Shown: positions 28,573 to 38,740, counted from the stretch's first letter. The stretch is DNA of 64,000 nt from Gracilimonas sp. (GCA_040904925.1 JBBDSP010000027.1:13264-77263); one strand, 5' to 3'. The notes: a model not told the origin generated them from the sequence alone. Translations and numbers: made by a program.

Positions 28573-29457
28573 GTGAATAAAAGCATAGATATAAAATTTT
28601 GGGGAGTCAGAGGCTCTACACCGTGCGCAAACAGTGAGAATATGAACTATGGGGGTAATACGACTTGTGTAGAGATTGCGGGGCTTGATGAACTCTTGAT
28701 ATTTGATTGTGGAACCGGATTTAGGAATTTAGGCAATGAGTTGATACGTTCGGGCGAGCATCTCAGAGGAAGAGTTTTTATTACACATCCACATTGGGAT
28801 CATCTGCAGGGCTTTCCTTTCTTCAAACCATTCTATGACAGGGAAAGCTGGTTCAGGATCTACATGCCCCCACAGGGAGAAATTGGGTGTAAAGAAATTC
28901 TACAGGGACATATGTCTAATACCTTTTTCCCCGTATCTATGGATATGCTTGAGGCCGATCTTGATTGTGAAACCTTCCAGCCCGGAAAAAAATTATTTGA
29001 CGATTATTCAGTTGAATATATGTGGGCAACTCATACAGTGCCAACTGCTATCTATAAGATCAGAATTGGGGATATAAGTATTGTCTTCAGTCCCGATAAT
29101 GAACTGATGCAAGACGATGGAGTGAATACAATTAAATTCCAGAAAGCATTCAGAGCTTTTATTCATGAAGCAGATCTTTTGATCCACGACGGGCAGTTTT
29201 CAAGAGAAGTATATAAGGACAAAATTGGGTGGGGACATTCAGCCTGGGAGGATGCGGTAGGTATAGCTGCGGAGGAAAAGGTACAAAGACTGGTATTGAC
29301 ACATCATGATCCTGACAATGATGATGAAGCATTAGCTGACATAGAAAAGAAAATGATAGAAAATGACGGCTCCGATTTTACAGAGCTCAGTTTAGCTAAA
29401 GAGGGACAGACCGTAAGCCTGCCCCTGAATAAAGCCAATAAAGAAGTTACTGAGTAG
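28573..29457 (+). CDS. MBL-fold metallo-hydrolase
   Basis: FWGVRGSTP, GGNTTC, DCGTG, THPHWDH, GHS, THHDP; GTG start chosen. Confidence 0.9.
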   Translation: MNKSIDIKFWGVRGSTPCANSENMNYGGNTTCVEIAGLDELLIFDCGTGFRNLGNELIRSGEHLRGRVFITHPHWDHLQGFPFFKPFYDRESWFRIYMPPQGEIGCKEILQGHMSNTFFPVSMDMLEADLDCETFQPGKKLFDDYSVEYMWATHTVPTAIYKIRIGDISIVFSPDNELMQDDGVNTIKFQKAFRAFIHEADLLIHDGQFSREVYKDKIGWGHSAWEDAVGIAAEEKVQRLVLTHHDPDNDDEALADIEKKMIENDGSDFTELSLAKEGQTVSLPLNKANKEVTE

Positions 29458-29459
29458 TT

Positions 29460-29939
29460 TTAGAAGTAGTACCTGATTCCAAGGGCTCCGTTGCCATCAA
29501 AATCTGTATCAGGAACCAAGTTTAGTATAGGCACCGCTTCCACAAAAATATCTACTTGCGAATTAGGAATGATGTAATTCAATCCAAAAGGCACTCTTAT
29601 ACCTACCCTTGCATCAGGATCACTCAGTACCATGCGTGCGCCAACTCCGTAATAAAAAGCAAGGTCACCTTCTTCAACACCTGTTAACCAATTATGCAGC
29701 AGGTAATCTCCGTGTAGGTGAAGTGCATCATTTCTGCCGAATGACCATGCGGCGCCAAATGCAAAAGCACTACGGTTGTTGTTCCATGCCTTTACTGAGA
29801 CACCGGTAGGTTCCCCTAACATTACACCAATTCCTAAGTTTCCTCCCTGCCCATTAGCTTGAGCCTGAGCTTTGTCTGGTGAAAAAATTAGAAATCCGAT
29901 AGCAATTAATAGTACTGATAGTAGTTTGGTTGTATTCAT
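29460..29939 (-). CDS. Small outer-membrane beta-barrel protein
   Basis: Signal peptide, amphipathic strands, C-terminal aromatic GIRYYF. Confidence 0.75.
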   Translation of the reverse strand: MNTTKLLSVLLIAIGFLIFSPDKAQAQANGQGGNLGIGVMLGEPTGVSVKAWNNNRSAFAFGAAWSFGRNDALHLHGDYLLHNWLTGVEEGDLAFYYGVGARMVLSDPDARVGIRVPFGLNYIIPNSQVDIFVEAVPILNLVPDTDFDGNGALGIRYYF

Positions 29940-30119
29940 TTTATAGTTGGTTAATTTGAGTTTCTATCTAATTAAATGGGAAAAGGGGTGAAAATGTTTC
30001 AATTTTATAAAAATTAATGAGTTCTTAGGAGGCAAACACTTCTGTCAAATTATTTACTTAGTAAGAACACTATATAAGCAAACGTCTAACACAAAACTAT
30101 TATCAAACAGGAATTTATT

Positions 30120-30455
30120 ATGAGCAAGACCTACTATAAGCCGGAAGACCTAAAAAAGTTTGGCGAAATTACCGAATGGCAAGAAAAAATGGGTGAGAAG
30201 TTCTTTGATTACTATGGGGAAGTCTTTGAAGAAGGGGCGTTGACCAAAAGAGAGAAAGCCCTTATTGCCCTGGCCGTTGCACATACGGTACAGTGTCCAT
30301 ACTGCATAGATGCCTACACTTCTGAAAGTCTGGAAAATGGAGCAAGCGAAGAGCAAATGATGGAAGCAGTTCATGTTTCGGCAGCTATACGCGGAGGGTC
30401 ATCTTTGGTGCATGGCGTACAAATGATGAATAAAGTGAAAGGTCTTTCTATGTAA
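30120..30455 (+). CDS. Arsenosugar biosynthesis-associated peroxidase-like (AhpD/CMD) protein
   Basis: REKALIALAVAHTVQCPYCIDAY (CxxC), GGSSLVHGVQM; directly upstream of arsS. Confidence 0.88.
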   Translation: MSKTYYKPEDLKKFGEITEWQEKMGEKFFDYYGEVFEEGALTKREKALIALAVAHTVQCPYCIDAYTSESLENGASEEQMMEAVHVSAAIRGGSSLVHGVQMMNKVKGLSM

Positions 30456-30520
30456 AACAAAAGCGGAATGATCCGTCCCAAAAACTATTTATTAAAAGAA
30501 AGATTTTAGTAGTTATTATT

Positions 30521-31567
30521 ATGAAAAGTTTACAAGCAGAAGAGCACTCATTATCAGATCCGGAAGTACAACTTGAAATTATTAACTCACATAACGAAAA
30601 GATCAGATCCCTGACAAAGTTTGAAGAAAAGCTTCAGGATATTGACCTGTTCCCTCTAAAGCCTACCGGAATAGAGATCTTCCAAATGAATGTGGGCTAT
30701 ATGTGTAATATGACCTGCAAGCACTGTCATGTTGATGCCGGGCCCGATCGTAAAGAGATCATGACCAAAGAAACCTTCGGATATTGTCTGGATGCACTGA
30801 AGGAATTTGACATACAAACCGTTGATCTTACCGGTGGTGCTCCCGAAATGAATCCCCATTTTCGATGGTTTGTGGAAGAGGTTTCTAAGCTGGGTAAGCA
30901 TGTGATAGTCCGGTCGAATCTGACCATTCTTACCACTAATAAATTCAGTGATCTTCCGGAGTTCTTTAAAAAGCATGGTGTAGAGGTAACTTGCTCGCTT
31001 CCATTTTACAGTAAATCCCGAACAGATCGCCAGCGGGGAAAAGGAACCTACGATAAGTCGATCACTGCTTTAAAACGACTGAATGAATTGGGATATGGAA
31101 AAGAGGATACAGGATTGATGCTGAATTTGGTCTATAATCCTGTGGGAGCTTTTTTGCCGGGCGATCAGGAAGAGATCAAACAGGAATTCAAAAAGGAATT
31201 GAGCCGAACCCATGGAATAGAATTCAATGACCTGTACACGATCACAAACTTACCGATCAGCAGGTTTCTGAATTTCTTATTGATGTCCGGAAACCTGGAG
31301 GAGTATATGGATAAACTGATCGAAGCTTTTAACCCTGCTGCAGCAATGGGCGTGATGTGCCGAAATACGATCTCTATTGGTTGGGATGGGCGTCTGTTTG
31401 ATTGCGACTTCAATCAGATGCTGGAAATGGAAGTGCATGAAGACAGCGTGCAGCATATTAAAGATTTTGATCTTGATTCCCTGAACAGCAGAGAGATTCT
31501 GGTGAATCAGCATTGCTTTGGGTGTACGGCCGGCGCTGGAAGCAGCTGTGGCGGAGCAACCACTTGA
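30521..31567 (+). CDS. arsS: Radical SAM/Cys-rich protein ArsS (arsenosugar biosynthesis)
   Basis: CNMTCKHCHVDAGP (CxxxCxxC), DLTGGAPE, LYTITNLPISRF, MCR..IS, DCDFNQ, HCFGCTAGAGSSCGG. Confidence 0.92.
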   Translation: MKSLQAEEHSLSDPEVQLEIINSHNEKIRSLTKFEEKLQDIDLFPLKPTGIEIFQMNVGYMCNMTCKHCHVDAGPDRKEIMTKETFGYCLDALKEFDIQTVDLTGGAPEMNPHFRWFVEEVSKLGKHVIVRSNLTILTTNKFSDLPEFFKKHGVEVTCSLPFYSKSRTDRQRGKGTYDKSITALKRLNELGYGKEDTGLMLNLVYNPVGAFLPGDQEEIKQEFKKELSRTHGIEFNDLYTITNLPISRFLNFLLMSGNLEEYMDKLIEAFNPAAAMGVMCRNTISIGWDGRLFDCDFNQMLEMEVHEDSVQHIKDFDLDSLNSREILVNQHCFGCTAGAGSSCGGATT

Positions 31568-31708
31568 ACATTGAATTTTGAAGTTAAGAGACCATGAGTT
31601 TGAGATAAGAATTGGTCACTTAATGAGATATAGAGTTGTTTCGCGGCGGATGCCCGAAATCTAATAAGTTGATAAGATTCAACAGTTGAATTTTTGGCCA
31701 TGTATTAG

Positions 31709-31728
31709 ATTCCCGTGTGCACGGGAAT
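31709..31728. repeat. ATTCCC-N8-GGGAAT palindrome (dRS3-like)
   Basis: ATTCCCGTGTGCACGGGAAT followed by GAC. Confidence 0.65.
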
Positions 31729-32095
31729 GACCCTATTCAGTCACTTTTCTTAACTGATTTCTATAGTTTTATCTCTAGCTCAGGTTAAGATACCATAAAT
31801 CAGTAAAGGCGTATCGCATACACCCAGAGTATTTCATGTATGTTGAAATTGTGGGATCTGATACAATTATAAATTAAATATCCACGAATTCGACCTCTTT
31901 TGTTTTCTCCTTCAACAAGGAGAAAGACTCGTTGTTGAGATTGGAATTTCTAATGAACATTAAAGTTATTATTAGTTTCGAAAAAGCCTCTCCTTGTGAA
32001 GGAGAGGTTTGGAGAGGTCGAAGTTTAAATTTGGAACCTTTGAACTATTTCAGATCCTATTTTAAAAACTCAATCACATATTTGATTCAATAATA

Positions 32096-32698
32096 ATGTC
32101 CCATAATAAATTGATCGTTTTCGTAAAAAATGAAGAAGCCGGAAAGGTTAAAACCCGGTTAGCCAACACGGTTGGAGATGATAAAGCGTTGGAGATCTAC
32201 CGAAAATTATTGGGATATACTTTTGATCAGGTTAATTCTCTGGAGGTAACTAAAGAAGTCTGGTATTCCCGATTCATTGAGCAGGAAGATGTTTGGAGTG
32301 AAGGGGATTTCAAAAAGCATGTACAGGAAGGGGTCAACCTGGGCGAAAGAATGTCAGGTGCTTTTAGAAAATCTTTTGAAGAAGAAGGCGTTGAAAAAGC
32401 AGTGATCATCGGCAGTGATTGCGCGGAACTGACCACAGTTATTCTCGAAGAGGCATTTTCCAGGTTAGATAAAAATGATATCGTTATTGGTCCGGCTGAA
32501 GATGGAGGGTATTATTTGATAGGCATGAGCAGATTCTTTCCGGAGCTTTTTAAAGATATTGCCTGGAGTACTGAATCTGTGTTAGAGAAAACGATCCAAA
32601 AGGCAACACAAATGGGAGCTTCTCATTTCCTGCTCAAGGAATTAAATGATGTGGATGAAATAGGTGACTGGAAGAGGGTTGAAGATAAATTACACTAA
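32096..32698 (+). CDS. TIGR04282 family (DUF2064) glycosyltransferase-like protein
   Basis: GKVKTRLA, QEGVNLGERM, IIGSDC, GPAEDGGYYLIG, DVDEIGD. Confidence 0.92.
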   Translation: MSHNKLIVFVKNEEAGKVKTRLANTVGDDKALEIYRKLLGYTFDQVNSLEVTKEVWYSRFIEQEDVWSEGDFKKHVQEGVNLGERMSGAFRKSFEEEGVEKAVIIGSDCAELTTVILEEAFSRLDKNDIVIGPAEDGGYYLIGMSRFFPELFKDIAWSTESVLEKTIQKATQMGASHFLLKELNDVDEIGDWKRVEDKLH

Positions 32699-32757
32699 AC
32701 CTGTCAGGTTTGAAGCTACCAAAGTGTATGGGGCATGGTCTATATAATCTGACAGAT
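32697..32757. repeat. REP-like doublet AAACCTGTCAGGTTT ... ATCTGACAGAT
   Basis: Perfect 7-1-7 palindrome at the stop codon with a degenerate partner downstream. Confidence 0.55.
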
Positions 32758-32896
32758 CATGAAATAACCGGTGAGGGGTAATGCTATGTTTTTTAGCATA
32801 ACCGTTTAAAACATTTTATAATACGTTAAAAGGCTTCGGTTCTGTTCATTTAGGATAGATTGTATGGTAGGCTGAGAATCAACCCCCTTCTTTTTT

Positions 32897-32979
32897 CTCG
32901 CAGAGTTACGCCGATGAATCCGTAGAGTCTCGTAGATATTCTGCGTAACTCCGCGGTAAACTCTGCGATAATCTGCGAG
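32897..32979. repeat. CGCAGAG/CTCTGCG inverted-repeat element
   Basis: CTCGCAGAGTTACGC ... GCGTAACTCCGCG ... CTCTGCG ... TCTGCGAG. Confidence 0.6.
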
Positions 32980-33137
32980 ATAGAGAATAAAAGTAATTTG
33001 AGACTGCACCATTTTTCATACGCCTACTTGTCTTGGGCAGGCATGATTTTTTCTTTAAGCTAAATTTCCTGGAAATTTAATTTCTTATCATCCCTCATTC
33101 CAAAATTGAACAGAATAAATCCTGAAAATCAATCTTT

Positions 33138-33824
33138 ATGCTTAGCATTATCATCCCCGCCTATAATGAAGAAAACAAGATCGGGGAACTTATAGCATAT
33201 CTGAAAGCACACAGCCGGACTTCTGAAACAGAGATCATAGTAGTGGATGGAGGCAGTACAGATGAAACAGTAAAGGAGGTGAAGAGTTCCGGAGCAGTAG
33301 TTTTGAAATCACCCCAAAAAGGCAGAGCCAGGCAAATGAATTTTGGGGCTTTAAAAGCCAAAGGAGAACTTTTATACTTTTTACACGCTGATACCCGCCC
33401 GCCCAAAACTTTTATCGAAGATATCTACGCTGAAATAAATACCGGAAATGGAGCAGGCTGCTTTCAGTTGAAATTCGACAATCCACATAAAGCGTTAACG
33501 TTCTATTCCTGGTTCACTCAATTTGATATTGATGTATTCCGTTTTGGAGACCAGAGTTTATTTGTCACTAAAGCATTATTTACTAAAATCGAGGGCTTTG
33601 ATGAAGACCTTTTGGTGATGGAGGATCAGGTGATCGTGACAGAGATCAAAAAACACGCGCAATTTTCAATTATTCAAAAACCGGTCATCACCTCAGCTAG
33701 AAAATATGAGCACATTGGAGTTTTCAAAATGCAGCTGATTTTCAGTATTATTGTCTGTCTCTTTTATTTAAATATTGAACAAGAGACGATAGTACATTTT
33801 TATATGGGTGCTATCAGCAGTTAA
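33138..33824 (+). CDS. TIGR04283 family GT2 glycosyltransferase
   Basis: SIIIPAYNEE, VVDGGSTD, GRARQMNFGA, FLHADT, FGDQSLFV, MED, TSARKY. Confidence 0.92.
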   Translation: MLSIIIPAYNEENKIGELIAYLKAHSRTSETEIIVVDGGSTDETVKEVKSSGAVVLKSPQKGRARQMNFGALKAKGELLYFLHADTRPPKTFIEDIYAEINTGNGAGCFQLKFDNPHKALTFYSWFTQFDIDVFRFGDQSLFVTKALFTKIEGFDEDLLVMEDQVIVTEIKKHAQFSIIQKPVITSARKYEHIGVFKMQLIFSIIVCLFYLNIEQETIVHFYMGAISS

Positions 33825-34044
33825 ATAAACTAAAACTGCTCCATATTAAGATAGTGTTAAAAGGAAGAATCCCCGGAGAGGTTTGGAATCTTTATTACTA
33901 TCTTTGATGTGATTTAAATGATTAGCAATCTATATATCAAAAATAAAAAACAATTTTGTGACCCGGGAAATACAAAGTTTTTAATTTTTCAGGGTAGATT
34001 TTACAACTTCAATCAAAATAACCTCACAATAAAAAACACATACC

Positions 34045-36729
34045 ATGCTTAAATATTTATCCACTTTAATGTTAATATTTGGTATCTCTGGGGCAGTGCT
34101 TGCACAGTCTACTATCAGAGGTACGGTTACCGAAGCGGGATCAGAAGAGCCTATTATTGGCGCGAACCTGATCTTGATTGGAACCAACCAAGGTAATGCA
34201 ACCGACCTTAACGGTGACTATGTGATCAGAGGCGTTCAGCCTGGCACATATACAATTCGTGTTTCTAGTGTTGGATTCGTAACCATTACCGAAGAGATCA
34301 CTGTTGGTTCAAGTGACCTGGAACTTGATTTCGAATTGGAAATGACCAGTGCTTCTTTAACAGCGATGGAAGTTTTTGCTTCCCGATCAGATCAGTCAAC
34401 TCCGGTTGCGTTTTCCGACGTAAATAAGGAAGCTATACAGCAACAGTTGGGTTCTCGTAATCTTCCTGAAGTATTAAATATTACTCCTTCTGTTTATTCA
34501 ACAGGTGAAGGTGGTGGTGCCGGTGATGCCCGTATTAACGTTCGTGGATTTGACCAGCGTAACGTTGCTGTTATGATCAACGGTGTGCCTGTGAATGATA
34601 TGGAAAATGGTTGGGTGTATTGGTCTAACTGGGATGGTGTAGGTGATGCTGCTCAGTCTATTCAGGTACAGCGTGGTATTTCTAACGTTAACCTTGCGAC
34701 CCCATCTGTTGGTGGTACTTTGAACATTATTACAGATCCTACTTCTAATCAGGCAGGCGGTGCTGTTAAGTTTGAAAATGGAAGTGGTGCATTTAATAAA
34801 ACTACACTTCAGTTGAATTCAGGAATGATCAACGACAAGTGGGCATTTAGCGCAGTTGGTGTTCGTAAAGAAGGTGCCGGAATTGTTGACGGAACATGGA
34901 GCGATGCATGGGCCTATCATTTGGCAGCATCATATCAGGTTAATGATGAAAACCGTTTAGATTTCTATGCTTTAGGCGCTCCTCAACGTCACGGGCAAAA
35001 CCTGTACAAAATGAATACAGCTACATATGACCGTTCTTATGCACTAAGCCTTGACGGTTACGATCCTGCAGCTGCAGATGTACACGGCGAATTAGGTCGT
35101 TTTGCTAATTCCAACGTTAACGGTGTTTCTCCTTCCTATACCGGTAATCAGTATATCGGTGATGGTGCTTGGGTAAATTCTTCTATCCAAAATCGGTATA
35201 ACAGAGATTTCATCAATGAGCGTGAGAACTTTTTCCATAAGCCGCAGATTAACCTTAACTGGTATAGCGAATTAAGCGACAAGCTTACTTTGACCAATGT
35301 ACTTTACTACAGTGGTGGTAACGGTGGTGGTAGTGGTACTTTAGGAAGTATGCAATGGGATTACAGCCACAATCAACGTGTTGCTGATTGGGATGCTACC
35401 ATTGCAAATAACCGTGCAAACACGAATGTAGAAGGTGATGCTGTTTCAGCAGGTATTTTAAGAAACAGCCGTAACAATCAGTGGACGATCGGTAATATCC
35501 TGAAACTGTCTTATGCTGCAACTGATGAGTTTGAAATTCAGGCAGGACTTGACTGGAGAACTGCTGAGATCGAGCATTATCGTGAAGTACGCGACTTACT
35601 TGGTGGCGATTATTACATCGAAACCAACAATGACTTTAATCCTAATTACAGAGCTGGTCTAGGTGATAAAGTTGCTTACGACTTTACCAACACCGTTGAT
35701 TGGATTGGTGGTTATGTACAAGGTGAATACGAAACCGACAAATACAGTGTATATGCAACCGGTGGCTTGTCTACGATCAAATACAATCACGAAAATTTCT
35801 TCATGGAAGAAAACGGAAGCACATTAACTCGTGAGACCGATAACATTATGGGATATCAAGTGAAGGCCGGTGGTCTTTACGGCATCAATGACGATCTTGA
35901 TGTATATGCCAATGTTGGTATGATCTCTAAAGTGCCTATCTTTGATAACGTGATTAATGACGGTACCGGTGCACTCAATGACGATCCTGTTAATGAGAAG
36001 TTCTTCTTCTACGAAGCCGGTGTTCGTTACCGTGATGCAGGCGGTAGATTTGGTGTGAACGCCAACTACTATCTGACTGATCGTCGTGACCGTTCATTCA
36101 CACGCGGAATAGATCTTCAAAATGGTGATGAAGGAATTGTCAACATTACGGGTCTTGATCAAATCCACTCCGGTGTTGAGCTTGAAACTTCTTTCAAAGC
36201 TAATGACTGGATCCGTTTGGATGTTGCAGGATCTTATAACATCTGGGAATATAAGAGCGATGTATCAGCATTATATACACCTGACCTGAACAATCCGGGC
36301 AATCAACAGAACATCAACCTTTATGTTGATGGCTTGAAAGTAGGTAATGCTCCTCAGGCACAGTTGGCTTACGTTCTTGGACTGACACCAACTCAAAACT
36401 TTAACGTACAGTTAGTAGGTACTTCTTTCTACGAGCACTATTCTGACTTCAACCCATTAGATCGTGATGATGCTAATGACAGAGTACAGCCTTGGAAAGC
36501 TCCTAATTACACTGTGTTTAACCTGCATGTGAACTACACAATTGATAGCATACTTCAAGGAGCTGACTTATTCTTGAACATGTTTAACATACTTGACGAA
36601 ACCTACATTCAGGATTCTGTTGATAACAGTTCCTTTAACGGGTTTGATGGAGACCACGATGCAGATGATGCTGAAGTATTCTTAGGTCTTCCAAGACGTT
36701 ACAACTTTGGAGTTCGTATAAATTTCTAA
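34045..36729 (+). CDS. TonB-dependent receptor with N-terminal carboxypeptidase-regulatory-like domain
   Basis: Signal peptide, TIRGTV..GANL..GTNQGNATD, plug INVRGFDQRN..MINGVP, C-terminal RRYNFGVRINF. Confidence 0.93.
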   Translation: MLKYLSTLMLIFGISGAVLAQSTIRGTVTEAGSEEPIIGANLILIGTNQGNATDLNGDYVIRGVQPGTYTIRVSSVGFVTITEEITVGSSDLELDFELEMTSASLTAMEVFASRSDQSTPVAFSDVNKEAIQQQLGSRNLPEVLNITPSVYSTGEGGGAGDARINVRGFDQRNVAVMINGVPVNDMENGWVYWSNWDGVGDAAQSIQVQRGISNVNLATPSVGGTLNIITDPTSNQAGGAVKFENGSGAFNKTTLQLNSGMINDKWAFSAVGVRKEGAGIVDGTWSDAWAYHLAASYQVNDENRLDFYALGAPQRHGQNLYKMNTATYDRSYALSLDGYDPAAADVHGELGRFANSNVNGVSPSYTGNQYIGDGAWVNSSIQNRYNRDFINERENFFHKPQINLNWYSELSDKLTLTNVLYYSGGNGGGSGTLGSMQWDYSHNQRVADWDATIANNRANTNVEGDAVSAGILRNSRNNQWTIGNILKLSYAATDEFEIQAGLDWRTAEIEHYREVRDLLGGDYYIETNNDFNPNYRAGLGDKVAYDFTNTVDWIGGYVQGEYETDKYSVYATGGLSTIKYNHENFFMEENGSTLTRETDNIMGYQVKAGGLYGINDDLDVYANVGMISKVPIFDNVINDGTGALNDDPVNEKFFFYEAGVRYRDAGGRFGVNANYYLTDRRDRSFTRGIDLQNGDEGIVNITGLDQIHSGVELETSFKANDWIRLDVAGSYNIWEYKSDVSALYTPDLNNPGNQQNINLYVDGLKVGNAPQAQLAYVLGLTPTQNFNVQLVGTSFYEHYSDFNPLDRDDANDRVQPWKAPNYTVFNLHVNYTIDSILQGADLFLNMFNILDETYIQDSVDNSSFNGFDGDHDADDAEVFLGLPRRYNFGVRINF

Positions 36730-36763
36730 ATACACCTCAAAGTAAAAACTGAGTAAATTTAAG

Positions 36764-36794
36764 AGCAGCCTGTTTTCCACAGGCTGCTTTTTTT
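36764..36794 (+). terminator. Intrinsic terminator after the TonB-dependent receptor gene
   Basis: AGCAGCCTG-TTTTCCA-CAGGCTGCT followed by a T-tract. Confidence 0.85.
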
Positions 36795-36808
36795 ATATTT
36801 TAAACACT

Positions 36809-38023
36809 ATGAAAAAATTACTTTTTGGTATAGTTATTCTAATGGTGGCTATAGGTTGCAAAACCCAACAGCAGAATCCAGAAAAACTATTATTGATCTC
36901 CTTCGATGGTTTTCGCTATGATTATCTGACAAAGACTGACACCCCAAATTTTGATAAACTGGCAGAAACCGGTGTGACTAGTGAAGGGCTGATTCCCATT
37001 TTCCCCTCCAAAACATTTCCCAATCACTATGCTATTGCTACCGGTTTATATCCTGAAAATAATGGGTTTGTCGGGAATAACATGTATGACCCGGAAATGG
37101 ATGCAAGTTTTACCATAAGAGATCGTGAAGCCGTAGAAAACCCGGATTGGTATGAAGGAGAACCCATCTGGAATACCGCAGAAAAAGCAGGAAAAAAAGC
37201 AGGTACGATGTTCTGGGTAGGTTCTGAGGCTCCAATTCAGGATATGAGGCCGACACACTGGAAAACCTACGATGATGGAATGCCTGATTCTGCCAGGGTC
37301 GATTCGGTAGTAAAGTGGCTGTCTTATGGAAATGAGAAAGAGGTAGATTTTGCTACTCTGTATTTTAGTTTTGTGGATACTCAGGGTCACCGCCATGGAC
37401 CTGATTCTCCGGAAGTGGTTGAGTCCATAAAGAAAGCGGACGATCTGATCGGATATTTGATGCAGCAGATGGAAGAAACGGAGTTGAAGGAGATCACAAA
37501 TACGTTGATCGTTTCAGATCACGGCATGGTGGACCTTTCCAGGGATAAGATCGTGGTACTGGATGACATGATAGATCCTGATGATCTCGAAGTAATTGCC
37601 TACAGTCCGGCACTAATGGCCAATGTGAAAAACGGAAAGCTGGATGAAGTCTATAATGTTCTCAAAGAGAATGAGAAGAATTTCAAAGTTTATAAAAAAG
37701 ATCAAATTCCCGATTGGTATCATCTAAAAGATCACCGCAGAATCCCGGAATTACTATTGGTAGCCGACCTTGGATATACCATCAATTCCAGAGAATATTT
37801 TGAATCCCGCCCTGACTACCCTTCGGGTGGAACTCACGGCTTTGATAATCAGGAAAAAGAAATGCATGCACTTTTCATAGCAAATGGCCCTGATTTCAGA
37901 TCAGCATATAAAATGAAAGAATTTGAAAACATACATCTGTATGTATTAATGGCACATTTGCTGAATATAACCCCAGCCGAAACCGATGGAAATATCGACA
38001 GTGTATCGGTAATGCTGAAGTGA
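36809..38023 (+). CDS. Ectonucleotide pyrophosphatase/phosphodiesterase lipoprotein
   Basis: Lipobox IGC; LISFDGFRYDY, PSKTFPNHY..ATG (catalytic Thr), DTQGH, SDHG, GTHG. Confidence 0.93.
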   Translation: MKKLLFGIVILMVAIGCKTQQQNPEKLLLISFDGFRYDYLTKTDTPNFDKLAETGVTSEGLIPIFPSKTFPNHYAIATGLYPENNGFVGNNMYDPEMDASFTIRDREAVENPDWYEGEPIWNTAEKAGKKAGTMFWVGSEAPIQDMRPTHWKTYDDGMPDSARVDSVVKWLSYGNEKEVDFATLYFSFVDTQGHRHGPDSPEVVESIKKADDLIGYLMQQMEETELKEITNTLIVSDHGMVDLSRDKIVVLDDMIDPDDLEVIAYSPALMANVKNGKLDEVYNVLKENEKNFKVYKKDQIPDWYHLKDHRRIPELLLVADLGYTINSREYFESRPDYPSGGTHGFDNQEKEMHALFIANGPDFRSAYKMKEFENIHLYVLMAHLLNITPAETDGNIDSVSVMLK

Positions 38024-38147
38024 GTTGAGGAACGTTAAACCAAAAAAATCATTTCGTACTGCTATATAGATTGCATCTGTCCCAAAGTGAGGGGATATTC
38101 CAATCGGAAAAATTTACCCCATTACTATTACATAACTTATTTATAAA

Positions 38148-38483
38148 ATGGCTTACGTTGTAACTGAACCTTGTATTCAATGTAAATATACTAACTGCGC
38201 CGCCGTATGTCCGGTTGATGCTTTTCGGGAAGGACCTAATTTTTTGGTGATCGATCCTCTTGAATGTATTGATTGTGATGCGTGCGTATCGGAATGCCCG
38301 GTAGAAGCTATTTACCCGGACGATGAAGTACCGGAAAAATGGGAAGATTACATTGACCTGAATGAGCGACTTGCGGAGTCATGGGAAGATCGTATCATCA
38401 ACGAAACACAGGATGCTTTACCGGATGCCGATGACTGGGCTGCCAAAGAAGACAAGCGCGACGACCTGATCGAAGCCTGGTAA
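38148..38483 (+). CDS. fdxA: 7Fe-type ferredoxin (FdxA family)
   Basis: CIQCKYTNCAAVCPVDAF, CIDCDACVSECPVEAI. Confidence 0.93.
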   Translation: MAYVVTEPCIQCKYTNCAAVCPVDAFREGPNFLVIDPLECIDCDACVSECPVEAIYPDDEVPEKWEDYIDLNERLAESWEDRIINETQDALPDADDWAAKEDKRDDLIEAW

Positions 38484-38533
38484 ATTGTGTAGAATAATTT
38501 TGAGATAAATGTGGCCATTAGTTGTCACTCATA

Positions 38534-38730
38534 TAGAAGTTAGATAATTCGTTGACAAACAAGGTAGCGGGTGCCAAGACTAAAAGCTTAGCTCCAAATT
38601 TGTCATTTCGACCCCGTAGATTTCTCAGCTACGTTTCGTTCGTTTTCACTCACTATACTACGTTCGAAATGACAAACAGTAAAAATGGTAGCTAAAACCA
38701 AAGAACTAAAACTGTAATCGAATAATCTAA
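38534..38730. mobile_element. Short TIR-bounded element, copy 1
   Basis: Left end TAGAAGTTAGATAATTCGTTGACAAAC; degenerate right end 38713-38730 (15/18 to the reverse complement); inner IR TTTGTCATTTCGA / TCGAAATGACAAA. Confidence 0.55.
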
Positions 38731-38740
38731 TCCCAACTTA

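Noticed and set aside
31500-31567. Selenocysteine recoding in the ArsS C-terminus
   Set aside because: All positions of HCFGCTAGAGSSCGG are encoded as Cys. The TGA follows the natural end (GATT).
33825-34044. Cobalamin or other riboswitch upstream of the TonB-dependent receptor
   Set aside because: The leader is AT-rich and I could not find B12-box or other conserved riboswitch motifs; an Rfam scan would settle it.
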